Shown here: piece by piece, positions 1 to 13,070 of the stretch
How positions within the stretch are numbered: the stretch's first letter is position 1
Layout of the letters: each line of letters begins with the position of its first letter
Assembly (NCBI RefSeq): GCF_964355755.1
Contig: NC_092671.1
Location: 33,614,304 to 33,678,303, forward strand
Length of the DNA: 64,000 nucleotides
Origin: Antedon mediterranea
Lineage: Eukaryota > Animalia > Echinodermata
Reading direction: 5' to 3'
Made by a program: the position numbers and the translations under genes
Notes under the pieces: model-generated
Told to the model about the DNA's origin: nothing
The model's database searches: none
Seen by the model: only the letters and a program-made list of their open reading frames with translations

Positions 1-940
1 TCTAGTTGCATATTCATGTGCTCTTACCCACATGTTTTAATCATTATTTCCACTGTATATAGGCCTAGATCTCAGCCCTACAATTATGACAAAATTTGCC
101 GTAAATAAAGCATACCTCAGCATTTATTTAAGAAAAATATAGTAAAGCCAAATTTCTGTTTCTATTATTTTTATTTTGTAGTAAAAAAACATTTTCCCCA
201 GGCTCTTGTGTTGCGAAAATAAAGCAGGCCTCCTAATGATGAAGAAAAAATTGATTGTGATTAGTCTATCCAGTCCAGTCAAAGATATATATTCCCACCC
301 AGAGTCCAGTGCAGTCGGTTGCTAATAACCCTTAACTTGCTAATAAAAGGGACCCAGCTCTCTTGTTTGTTTACTGAATTTTTTAGGAGTTAGGGGGTTT
401 TCAGCATTAAACTTGTCCAGTCTAGTCTGCCTTGTATGATGAATGAGTGACTTGATGTCCCACGCTAGTTTTTAGCTTGAATGAAATGCGTGAATGGCTC
501 TAGGCCTAGCTAGGCCTAAAATCGGATGGGATCGTAGTCCCTATGTTTAAATACAAGGTGCAAGTATTTAGTCATTTGTTTGAAAATATAATGTTAATCA
601 GTTGATAGTAGTTTGTAGCCTTTGTAACAGTTGTATTTCTAGTGTAGTTAGGCCTTATTTATTCTGCCCTTTTTGTTATTGAAATCCATCTCACACATTG
701 ACGATACAAGATGTCAGCCTAGGTCAAATCTTGTTTCGCGTCATAACAGGAAACGTTCTGATTGGATACAACGTTGACTTACAGTAGCGTCGTACGCTAA
801 AATGGTACTATCAACCGTTTTCCACTACAACGCTACAACCGTTGTACGACGCGTTGTACGCTAATCCCCAACTGTTCAGACACACATTCTTTTAGCGTCG
901 TACGCTAAAACGGTCTAACGCCTTCGGTCTGAACAGGGCC

Positions 941-1211
941 TTAAACCCGGAAATTACTTTGACCGGGAAGAATTGAAATTGAGATAAAAATCTAATGTTG
1001 AAATCATAAATTGTGTTAAAAAACTCTTTATAATATCTTCCTAAGATAGAAATATGGAACAATAGCGTCGCTGTGAACACTAATGTTATCAAATCTACGT
1101 TTCGCGGTACATCTCAGATAGATAAGGTAGGTATCCAATGCGGAGATTTGTACCGAAGTTTTTGCATTGTGCTCGCCTATGTCAGAAATAACCATAATTT
1201 ATATATAGATG
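941..1211. repeat. Dispersed repeat, near-identical inverted copy at 28568-28835
   Basis: TTAAACCCGGAAATTACTTTGACCGGGAAG...CATAATTTATATATAGATG matches the reverse complement of 28568-28835 in SLC22 intron 1. Confidence 0.9.
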
Positions 1212-1399
1212 ACTGTTAAAATGTTATGATGTTAAAATGTTACGCTGACCTTCAATGATTTGCCACTACACAGTTGCATTTATTAGGGCTACAATATTCG
1301 TTTTTGGAAAATAAACTACTATTCATCAGAACCAGAGAATACCAATTCGTCCACAAGATAGGGCATAGGCAGATCTATGTGGCCACATATAGTTTGGCC

Positions 1400-2520
1400 C
1401 ATACAGCAAAGAGTTGCCTGTACACAAAGGATTCTAAAATAACCCATAAGGATTTTCCCGAATGAACCCTCTAAGGAACCTTTCGGAAACTCTATGTGGT
1501 GTCACTTAACTCTTCCCTGGTGGTGTGCTACATAAGGCCCTGTATTAGAAATTAATATGGGGTAAATAGTTCATAGATGAACTATAGAATAAAACTAAAT
1601 GTGCACCCTCAATCTTTAAATAACATTTATGAATTTGCCCAAATGAATCCAAGGGCTGACCTTCACGGACCTTTTGGGGTTCTCTATGTGGGCTACAAGA
1701 GACCCTATATTGGAAATACTGTATGTGGGGTGAACATGTAGGTTCATAGAGATATAATAAATATCTCTGTGCACCCTCGATCATCCATAAGGAACATTTA
1801 TCGATTTTCCCAAATTAACCAAAAGGCCGGTCATCCTCTGTGGATGGACATTAAGCCCCATAATGGAAATATAAGTGGTGACACTGTGAGTTCATATAGA
1901 CAGGCGCAGCCCATGGAATAAAGCTGCCTGTGCACTCTCGATTCTTAAGGAAAATTATGGATTTGCCCAAATTAACCCAAGGGCCGGTCCTCCATGGATG
2001 GACATTAAGCCCCATAATGGAAATATAATGGGTTACACTGTGGGTTCCTATAGACAGGCGAGGCCCATGGAATAAAGCTGCCTGTGCACTCTCGATCCTT
2101 AAGAAACACTTATATGGATTTTCCTAAATTAACCCAAGGGCCGGTCCTCCATAGACATTAAGCCCCATAATGGAAATATAAGGGGTGACAATGTGGGTTT
2201 ATATAGACAGGCACATAGAATAAACCCTCTCGATCCTTAAGGAACCCATATGGATTTTGCCTAAACTGAAAGAACAGGTCATCTATTTAGACCCTTCTGG
2301 GGTTCTCTATTGTATGTTCAGTTCAACATTAGGCACCTCTATCGGATCAATGCATTTGGCTACATTTAAGTTACTGTGTTAGAAATATATCGGGTAACTA
2401 AAACTGTGGGTTCCAAGATTAAGCCATGGGAAAAGTCATGTCTGTGTACCCACAATCCTTTTAAAAGGAACTCATATGGATTTGCCAAAATGAACCACGG
2501 GTAATTTCTGGACTCTCTAT
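1400..2520. repeat. Degenerate ~155-bp tandem repeat (about 7 units)
   Basis: Recurrent CTGTGCAC.CTCGATCCTTAAGGAA..ATGGATTT.CCCAAAT.AACCCAAGGG, best preserved at 1770-2260. Confidence 0.85.
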
Positions 2521-4248
2521 GAGCCGTACATTCCGTTTAATTAGATATACATGGATACCTGAATGAAATTGCTCAAATTTTTCTGAAAGACATTGTACTG
2601 TATATATTCCCCTTCCACACCTCTTTGAATTAAATCAGCCCCGATAGGCTCTTAGGTACAGGATTTCAAAGCAATAATCACACTTGTATTTTTCAAACAG
2701 TTATTCTAGTAGATTGAATAAAAATATCTATCATAAACGTTAGAAATATCTATGCCATGTCGTTATTTAGATGATAAAAACAGGTCAAAGGTTAAAATTA
2801 CAGAAAAATAGGTGTTTCAGTCACTTTTTGAAAAAAATGTTGCATTATGGCAAGTATAAACATATATATTGTGAATAATTTGACACCAAAATTGGCTCCC
2901 TATGATAAATATTTATTAATTTATGTTATTGTAACCTTATTCAATTATGTCAAAGGTCAATAACCACACTTCCTGTCATTTTCAAGCAATATCATCTGTT
3001 ACACTGAATATAAATGTATATCTTAGGAACAATTTGCTCCTATTTTTAATTCTCTCCGACCTGCCGTTACTTATAGATATAGCGAAAAGAGGTCAAAGAT
3101 CAAAATTGCTAAAAATGGGGTTTCCGGTCAATTTTACATAGACAATTCTGTTAGAGCTAATATAAACATATACATTGTGAACAATTTGACACCAAAATTA
3201 TCTCATTATGTCCAGTATTTCCAGAGATATAGCATGTTTTATAAAAAAATAGCGGCCATTTTGTTTATGCTAATTATGCAAATTGTTCAATGCTGACAGC
3301 CGTCCAGTAAAAAAAATCTTCATTCTGATGGTATAGAGAATCAAAATCCATAAAAAAAAAACTATAGAAAACATTGCAAGGTTAAACCCTTTGGCTTCCG
3401 GACTATAGGTACGTTCTATGATTGGTCAATATTGACATTTGACCCTTAATCACAAAGGGATTTTTTTTCATAACTTTCGATGTTTGTTCGTTATACAAAT
3501 TTATATATCTGCATGTACGTCGTAACCATACATATGGGATAACAAAATGATCGCAATTGTACCAGGAATTGTGGTTGGAAAATGTTAAAGTATTTTAATT
3601 ATCCCTGGAAAGTGGCTGGGAGTTCGGGGTGAGGATGGCCTATAACCAAGACCGAAACTGTATTGGAAATGTTTTTGAAAACTGCCACTGAGGGATTATG
3701 AGTGATGGCTAACATAATTTTTACTGGAACCTCCCTTTGAAGAGGGAGAGGAGGAGGACCGAAAATACTGGCGTAATGAAGTAGCCTATAGGATTGGAAT
3801 TGTAATAGGAAAAGCTACTACATTTGAACTGTCCAGGGGATGAGGTATTAAGGTCTGTTGATTGTGGCTTGGATATTGAGAGGAGAAAGAAGGCTAGGGG
3901 GCAGCAGTATCAAATTAGATATTTTAATAATCAGCCATGACACCCATTTATTTACACAGTTTACAACGTACTTAAACCATAGACCTATCGTAGATGTATT
4001 CTCTCTCATTTTGAAACTGAAGTTGAATTAAATTTGTACTGGGAAGAATTTGTTTTTAAAAAAGAGTGTGAGGTGTTATTAAAGAGAGGTGGGGGTTGGT
4101 GAGTATATGTAGGCCTACTGGCGTCGGCTTTCATGTACTGAGAAGGTTTTAAACGAATTTTAAAACCCGCCACGGGGCGGGTATAATTGATAGTATAAAT
4201 ATATTTGAAACGATAAAGATGAGGAAATCTGTGAGAATGAGAAAAAGT

Positions 4249-4320
4249 CGCCCCAAACGAGACTCGAACTCGGACCGCCTGCTTGATGTTCAGATGTCTT
4301 AACCATTAGACCACTGGGGC
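4249..4320 (-). mobile_element. tRNA-derived (SINE-head or pseudo-tRNA) sequence within a dispersed repeat
   Basis: GCCCCAGTGGTCTAATGGTTAAGAC...CCGAGTTCGAGTCTCGTTTGGGGCG has A box, B box and acceptor stem but a broken anticodon arm. Related pieces at 34680-34790, 34917-34940 and 36410-36490. Confidence 0.7.
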
Positions 4321-5580
4321 TTTTATGGTATTGTTCAAACTCGATTGGATAGCGACTCTTTAACATTCTCGGCTTGGTACGGCGGAACAGCGCTAGTCCT
4401 AAGTTGTACGCACGCGCACCAGAGATCAAATTGATATGCCTCGTGAATAAAAATGTATTGTTTCGATCTTATCTCGTCAGTGCAGCTCAGGTTTCGAAAT
4501 GAAATGTACCGCAGAACATAATTATATATATATATATATTAATGTTTTGTGTTTAAAAAAAAATGTAATACACCACTGGGTAATTAGCCTTATGGGTTCG
4601 TTCTACGACAAAAAAAAAAACTAAACAACAATTCGAATTCATAATTTATTTATTTGATTATCTTTTAAAGAAGAAATTATCAACATTATTCAATTTGATT
4701 GTTTTTCTTTTTTATTCCTTATGGCCCATTTTACAGGTTTACCAGTTACAAATACGGTAGAAAATCATAATTTTATTTCAATTGATACGTACTTTAACAT
4801 TGTTAAGTTTATAAATAATACTAGCATATACATTATTGATTAAATGCAAAATGTGATAAAATATAATATACATTAACAACTATATTCATTTTTTATGCTA
4901 CGACTGTGATTTTCGTCGAAACGAGTATATTTTTCGAATATGAAAGGTGTCAGCTCACAAAAAATTTGTGATGTTTTTATTTATATTATTATATTTCTAA
5001 CCAATTCACCATTCAGAACCCCAACAATTTAAATCACTTGAGAAAATTATAATAAGTGATGTAGACCTACTAAAAAAAATACATTAGGATAAAGCTACAT
5101 ATTTACAAGCTGTAATGATAATCATTTCACTCAACAAAGAAATTCATCCATATTGGTTTTAAACAGAAACTAGCTTTGTCGAAATGTACGTCTATTATTG
5201 ATGCATACTAATATAGAGAGTAGGTCTATAATAAATACTTTTGTGAAGTTGTCGAAAAAACAGTTACATAGACCCACTTCAAATGATCTACCATGAACCG
5301 ATGACGTTACACGTGATAATTTACCGACGGCGGCGGCGGCCAAAAGAAACTTAAAATAATCGAAATATTTGAATTATCAACCCTATTTTAGACGATTTAC
5401 AATTTTCGTGTGGTAGCCCTAGTATATAAAAGTATAATATTAAACTGATATTAAGGTTTTATAAATTTAAAAATAAGAATAATTATGGTTACAATATTTA
5501 AGTTATTAAAGATGTATTGTCATCCACAAACCCACATAAATATTACTACAATTTAATTTTGAATAGCCCATTTTGTAGTT

Positions 5581-8500
5581 TTAGTTAATCACTTCTGAAA
5601 TAAAAATTGTTTTTACTCTTAAAAGACAAAACAAATTCAACCCATTTAGGCCTACTGGTAGTCAGTTTTAAATTAGTTCTTTTGGTCAAAGTGAATAATC
5701 ATTATGGAATATTCAACAAACTAATTTAAAAAAAAGTCAAGGGGACAATTATTATATTATCTTTAATACTGTAATGCCTTGTAACCTAAACTCTCTTTTT
5801 TGCCACTCAATATCCTACAAATAATAATGGTGTTTTCTATAGACCTTCATTATCATACTGTGCAACTGGCCTATGTATTTTCTCAATTAACATATTATTA
5901 TTATTGAAAAACATCACAATTTGTATTTATATTCAACATAATCAGTTTACTTATTGCCTTGAAAGTTAAAAACTTAAATACAATATTGAAGTGTACGACA
6001 TAATATTATATAGATTTATTTAAACTTACTTATTTATCTTTGTTCTAAAATTGAGTTAAAAATCTTACCTATTTTGTTCACCTGCTTGCTTCCTTACATA
6101 AAATAAAAGAAATAATTAGAATATCCATCAATTAATTGTCTTAACTGGAATGTTGTAAAACAAATAGCCTAGGAAGAATAGTATGTTATAGGAAGTTGGT
6201 GGTACACATTTGACATAATTACATATTTTACTTATGATTAGGTTTAGTTATAATTTGTTATTGTTGTTTCAAAACTTCAAATGCGGCGAGCTTATCCATT
6301 CGAAAGTGTGCACACATTCGGGTGAATTTAAAATCAACTGAGTTGAATACTTAAATGTTCCCCTCTTCAAACTCTGGACACACTGAGGTTTATACGGTAG
6401 CAATTATAGGTTATTAAATGCAAATGGTAGGAGTAGAGTATGACGACACAACTGTTTATCTCCGTGGTTTGAACACGGTAGTTACACACCAATTGGTATT
6501 GTGTCAACAAAATGCATTTAACGGTACTTAAAATGAATATGTAAAAACGTTTTTCTAATAATACTATTTTCAAATAATTCTATTGAAAATTCTATTAAAA
6601 ACTGGATGCCTATTACAAACGCATCGGATTTTTCAAAGTATTAAAATAAATGTATACAGCTAAATCATTCCAGACTCACCTCCATCCCGACGGACTCTTT
6701 CATCTGAAGTGCATTCTAATGAATAGTATCAAAAGTATATAGTAATTAACCAGAGAATAGTAAAATTAAATTTGTAATTCAATCAATTATTTGTTTGTCT
6801 TATCAATATTGTCAAATGAATTATAACACAAAACTATGGTTATACATTTTTTAACCATTTAACATAATCTAATAATAATTATTAACTTAGCCTAATTATA
6901 ATGTACACGGGTTAAATTGAGTATGACAAAGTATAAAAATAATTATTGTTTATGATTACAAGGGGTAAACTAATTTCACGAAGTTCTCGTTTGGTTAGCC
7001 GTTCTCGATTGAGAACGTCAGGCCGTAGGTCACCTAATTGTGTGAGGTTCTTGTTTGGTTAGCCGTTCTCAATTGAGAACGTCAGGCCGTAATTGACAAG
7101 TTGACATATGCATTGCCTTTGCGTTAGAGAGACCAGTAACGTATTTGCATTATATATGTATATTAAAATTAAATAAAATTGAATTAATAATAAATAATAA
7201 GTATAAATCAATTAATCAATGTCTAGGGTCACACAACCAATCTAAAGCTCATGGATATAATACAAGTGATCGACTACTATACCTTCTTGGCTTAGATAAA
7301 TTATACTATACTACACTAGATTAGAATATGCATGTTGCAAAATATCTAAGTGCTGTGAATATGTGCAATGTATAACTATAATATTTTTTTTTATTACACG
7401 TCCAAATGTATTGTTTATTATAAATTTATTTTAGTTAAGATCATCAAGCATAATTTTGATTCTTAGTCTAATTCTCGAATCACTTTATGATACTACGGTT
7501 TTATTGTTTAATTCCTACATAGTTACCAATACTTATCACCAGCCTGATTGCCTTCTGGAGTGCATTCTATTGAATATAATAAAGCAGATCATTTGAAATT
7601 GCAATGATTGTATGTATTATCAATATTATTAATGATAATCATGATAATATAACATAACTTAGGTTAATAAGTTTTGATAAATTATTAAAAAATAAAATGT
7701 CTCGAATAATAAATTAATCAAAATACCGTTATAAATTACTTATTAGAAATTTAGAAATATTAATTTATTATTTGTTGACGGGTGTGACAAATTTAAGGTA
7801 TTTTACAAATAACTGTAACTGTAATTATTTAATTTATCATTATTTTTTTTTACAGGTTTTCAAGTAATTTATTCGTGTTTTAAAATTATTCCGATCAGGA
7901 ATGTGTAGTTATTCACATATCTCTACCTTCCCGGCGGATTGTGTTATGACCTGAAATTGATATGAATAAAAACTATTAATGATTCGGTAAATAAGATTGT
8001 TTGTATTTCATAATTATGACTTTGATAACATGAATTACGATATAAATAAAATATTAAACCTTTGATTTTTTATTAGTTTAAAAATGTAAACAAATATAAC
8101 ATTTGACTGTATTTGACCAGGGAGTTGTAACATTTTACAACTCCCTGATTTGACTTACTTTCTTTATTTATTCCAGAAAGAATAACACCTGGATCTGAAA
8201 GAAGAAATTATGTCAGGTTTAGTTTCAGTTGTTTTAAATTGTTATGTTCGTAAATAAATGAACCACGCGTTAAAACGTACATAGGAATGTGTAATGCATC
8301 TGTTTTTCTTTTCCATTTTCTTATACATTATTATTTCACAGCAAGATTTTGTTCTTTTTTTTTATTAATATAAAGCAAAATGTGAATAAAAATGATGAAA
8401 TAGATCGAATATCCAATCAAGCAAAGGAGAATAGGCCCTAATTAGTACCTTATATTGTCATTGTTATTTTCACCTACAAAATAAAAAAATTGTTGATTTC

Positions 8501-9483
8501 AGATAATATAACAGCAATTGGAAGAGTGAAACCTTGATTAAACCACCTAATCAAATACCACCCTGATAATAGTAAATGTGTCCTGCGTTGAACAGGACTT
8601 TTGAGACCAACTCGAAATTTCCAACAAACTTTATTGGCTACACAGTATCTGGCTTAGAGTTAAACACAATTGCTCTGAGAACTAGCTACATCATTACGGG
8701 AGTTATCAGCGTGTTTGATTCGATAACATAATTTGAAGCTTTAGGCATTAAGCGCTATAGTAATCACAATGGTATTGACAGTGTACCTGCAATGATTTAT
8801 GATTACTTACCCTCACTTTTCCCAAAACCTAAGTTAGAATGAAATATAAAACCTATCAAATATACAGCAACAAAAGATAGCAGGCTCCTGTAAATAAAAC
8901 AAAATAGAAAAAAAGAAATAAATTAAGCATTGAGAATTGCAACATATTATACTTACTAGATTTTTCAACATCTTCAATGTATCGATTTTTCTTAAAATAG
9001 TAGGCATAATACGTTAGTTGTATATTATTTACGAAAAAACATGAAAATAACTTTTAGTATTGTTTCACTAATGTACATGCATTCTTCTTTATAAATTACC
9101 ACTCAGGAGATAAATAAAGATATACAATTGAATTGCTGACTTTAAAGTAGACTTTATACTATGTCAACATACATAAATACAAAACAAGTAATATCATACA
9201 TTTATGTTTCATAAAATATCATATTGCTTCACACCCTAATTAGTATATCGAAATAACGTGACTGCAAAATAACAATATATCAATATTTATACTACGAGAT
9301 GCAAGTATTTAATTGTAAGCATCAGTGTATCTGTTTACCAATGAATAATCTTATTTTTTCTGAATATGGTTTGTTACATAGACACTCATTGCATCTCGTA
9401 GTAGGCCTATTGATATTATTATCAATAATAAAAGCGCTAAATAGATAGACCCACTTAACAAATACTTACAGTTTACCCAACAT
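5581..9483 (-). CDS. Micro-exon secreted precursor gene A (signal peptide plus IRR/RVRR spacer exons and short payload exons)
   Basis: Minus-strand exons with GT-AG ends: 9470-9483 (ATG TTG GGT AAA CT|gtaagt), 8811-8887 (SLLSFVAVYLIGFIFHSNLGFGKSE), 8159-8194 (36 nt, DPGVILSGINKE), 7927-7950 (24 nt, HNTIRRE), 6680-6703 (24 nt, ERVRRDG), 6069-6092 (24 nt, SKQVNKI, weaker aag acceptor), and a tentative terminal exon 5581-5594 (EVIN*). Joined: MLGKLSLLSFVAVYLIGFIFHSNLGFGKSEDPGVILSGINKESHNTIRREDERVRRDGGSKQVNKIEVIN*. Confidence 0.75.
6980..7092. repeat. Short tandem duplication (~63-bp period)
   Basis: GTTCT.GTTTGGTTAGCCGTTCTC.ATTGAGAACGTCAGGCCGTA occurs twice. Confidence 0.85.
8118..8147. mobile_element. 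30-bp TIR-only insertion with 7-bp TSD
   Basis: atttgac|CAGGGAGTTGTAACATTTTACAACTCCCTG|atttgac. Confidence 0.85.
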
Positions 9484-10148
9484 GATTAAAAGTACGATCA
9501 GCTTTAGTAGATTGAATAACCTCGTTCAAATATACATACACATAATTGACACGTTCAACATGTGGAGTTTTTCACTTCATTAATTTTATCACCTTTTTCA
9601 TTTAAAATTTCAATTAGCCATCTTATTGTTTTTACTACATTAAAATAATTATCACACTAAAACTAAATTAATTGCACTTTAATTTTTATTACAATAGTTG
9701 AATTTATTCAGATAATTAAATGCTTTAATTAGGGTCAAACTGTACCATAAGTAAGTGAACTTTAGACTGACAAATACATTCAACTACCATCATTTTAACT
9801 TAATGTTTAAGTATACGTCGTGCATATTTCATTCCCTTGATTTTTTTATGTAAATAATATATAAAGATGAAATTATGTGAATTAAAATCCATGATCTAAA
9901 TTGAAAGAACATTAACTTACCGTTTTATTGATTGAATATGTATATAATAGTTTATTCAAATTAAACAGTCCATTATTAATTTTAATATATACCACCTTTG
10001 TTATTTGTATTTTTTATTTATTTAACTAAGGGAACATCTCCACATGTTTGAAATGACGTAAACCTATACATGTCAACATCGTAATGACTTTAATTGAAGG
10101 TTCATTATCGAAACTGATCGACCTCTACGTTAACATTGCTCTTGCATC
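9484..10148. promoter_or_regulatory. Candidate bidirectional promoter between head-to-head genes A and B
   Basis: Start codons are 665 bp apart and divergent. The motif CTCCACATGTT(T)GAA occurs in inverted orientation about 75-110 bp upstream of each ATG (9556-9569 minus, 10038-10052 plus). Confidence 0.45.
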
Positions 10149-13070
10149 ATGATGCTAAGTAAACTGTAAGTATACATTACAAAATGATACAGTACCCGGT
10201 TTAATACCGTAGTCTATGTGCGTATGTACCATGTGTACTTTTACGTACGCGAAGGTATATTATCATTCTATTGCATGGTCTAATAGTATGATAAACCCTA
10301 CCATGGATAATAGGTCTAAACTACAATTGAGCTGCTCATGCGGTGTAATATCAGTGAAACATGTTGGGAAAACATCAACATTTTACCAACATCCAATCTA
10401 GAAAAATGGATCAAGTTTATGAAACGATCAGTATTTTTAAAAATTCAGTAACCTATATATATTCCCTACTTTGACGTAATTGTAATTTATACAAAGTACA
10501 TGTGAACAACAAATAAATAAATAATAAAGTGATCAATCAATATCTGGTAACAAACTAAAACTATCTAGCTATGTCTTTTACAGAAGCTTGTCATTGTTCG
10601 TGCTTGCATTTTTGTTTTATATTGACTCGGGCTTTGGTCAAAAAATTAAAAGTAGGTAATCTTTCGGATACTTCTTTAAGTTTTGTAGTTCATATATGCG
10701 TATTCAGCATGTTTCAGAATTTTTGCTTGTTTAAAATATGCTTTTTTTGTGTTCATCTCAGATTATCACATTTTCTATTATTTTTTTCCTTTTGTGTATA
10801 CTCTTATTTTATACCATGCATATTACTCTTAAATTAAATTTCCATTTAACTAACAAATCATCATATACATATTATTTTCTACGTATAGTCCTTTCTTTAT
10901 AACATACCGGTACCGTATTATCCATTAATACAATTTAATTAATAATCCATTACCATACTATTTATTTTATTTTATATATTTATCTATTATAATCGCACAG
11001 ACCTTCAGGTACTTAAATAATGATAATTTAGATTAGGCATTTTTCAGAACCTATTAAAAAAAATACAATATCATGTTTTGCTGCACGAGAAAAGAAGAAC
11101 AAGCACGAGTTCAAAGTAATTGAACAAATGCATTTGCGTATTTTGGCAAAGGGTGGCGCCCCCAATTTGACGTATTTTGACAAAGGTATTGCGTATTTTG
11201 GCATGATGATCACCAACCCTGATCTAATTGTATATTTTGGGTTATCAATAAAACGTATAGATACGTACTAAAACAAGACACCCGAAGTTTGTACAAGAAT
11301 AAGCATTATTTTAAAGTAATGAATATTATTACAAAGAGCAGATCACTGGTCACTGGACCACCACAAACAAAAGAAAAGAAACTCATGAAGAACAAGATAA
11401 CAAGGAACGTGTGTTTTCTTACAAAGACCTTACATACGCATATAGTTGCGGAACCAAACCAAAGCAACATACATATATAGAATTGTAAAACTCAGAAATA
11501 AATATTGCAAACCAGCTGAAATGCAAAATATTTTGTTTCAGAAACTCTTCCGCCTGGAATACACAATGGATGTAAGTAACAAATATGATTAATGAAATAT
11601 TATTTTCTATAGGCTAAACACTGAAAAACAATGTAAATACGAAAAAATAGGCGGCCTAATACATACTCAATTATCATACCCAATATCAATAGAAATAAAC
11701 AAAAACACATATAAAAGACAAATAAATAGTTGCACAAAGAGATTCGACTACACAAGTATGAAAAGTATGACTGAAAAAATGAAAGTAAAGAACATGATTC
11801 TCCACAAACTCCTGGCGAACTATTCTTATTGTTTGAAAACAAGTCACACATTAATACTTTTATTTACTGCGTTTCAGATCATGACAGAATTGGTCGGGAT
11901 GTCGGTGAGTAATTAACTAAAAGTTAATAAAACCTAATTAATTGAAATAAAAAAAATATTTGTCCTTAGGATTTCTTCTGACGAAGAAATGTCGAAAATT
12001 CAAATTAAGGTATGTTGAATTTTTACTGTGATGTAACCTTGTTGCTTGCTTGCTGGAACCCTTTATGTATTTACTCTCTTTTAGATAATGACAGAATTCG
12101 TCGGGATGAAGGTGAGTAACTCATTTATGCCTAAAGTTACCAGAACTTTAATAATCGAAATACAACGGTCGGGAATGTGTTTAACTCATCACGAGTGACG
12201 GCGGTCAACCGCCGAACTGTCGCTTATCACACATTATTGGCCTGATGTTAATCGGGTTTAATTTATAAAAAGTAAAAATATAATACATAAGTAAGCATCC
12301 CATCCTGTCCACAATCAATCTGACTGAGATGGGACACGTCATACACCAATTTATCCTTATTAATCGCTACATTTTTTTTTATTTCAGAAAAGAGCAGAAT
12401 TAGATGTTTGGATGAAGGTGAGTAGTTTTTATAAGATAATGAACTGTATTCATCCAGCTTGAAGCAAATACAAACAGGACGTAGGCCTACAACAAAACAA
12501 ACTGTACAAAAAATACGTAGAACATAATTATAACCTTTGAATGGTAAAAATAATTACCAACGTAAGGCACATAACCTACGGTACTTAAAAATAATATCAT
12601 ATTCAATGTTGTACTGTTGTACTTATTCTTAAGTGCAGCAATTTAGATAATTCCTACACAATGTGTTAACCTATACTTGTGAACGTGGGGAAAATACAGC
12701 TATGTTACCACACCTTGGTATTATTTAGGTTAAGAAAGTAAGCCTACTGCGGTACTGCTAGATCCGATTTATAATAAATAATAATTGTGCATGATTGCTA
12801 CTTTATAATAACTGCTACGCACCGACGACCAAAATCCGAGTGCTTAATTCACGTTTTTGTATGGCATGGAATTTAAAATTCAATTAAAGATGAAAGCGAT
12901 GGAACAATAATTGAAGTCTACATAATATCAAACCTTTTGTATTTTTTTTTCGAGAAAAATTATTTCCAATTGTTTTTATCTTTTAACTCATGAAGATATT
13001 ATTGTTTCCATTTAACTTTTCTTAATTTCTTTTTTTTTATTTACAGGAATAGGTAGACCTCCTAAAGAAT
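10149..13070 (+). CDS. Micro-exon secreted precursor gene B
   Basis: Exons: 10149-10165 (MMLSKL|gtaagt), 10584-10651 (SLSLFVLAFLFYIDSGFGQKIK), 11542-11571 (30 nt, TLPPGIHNG), 11878-11904 (27 nt, HDRIGRDV), 11970-12009 (40 nt, frame-breaking), 12085-12111 (27 nt, NDRIRRDE), 12388-12417 (30 nt, KSRIRCLDE), 13047-13070 (24 nt, IGRPPKE; may instead read on as a terminal exon GIGRPPKECK*). All have polypyrimidine-AG acceptors and GT donors. Confidence 0.78.

Noticed and set aside
4249-4320. Functional tRNA gene
   Set aside because: The anticodon arm and T-stem are mismatched, and the sequence is part of a dispersed repeat.
8811-8828. 18-nt micro-exon GFGKSE
   Set aside because: Better explained as the 3' end of the 77-nt signal-peptide exon 8811-8887.
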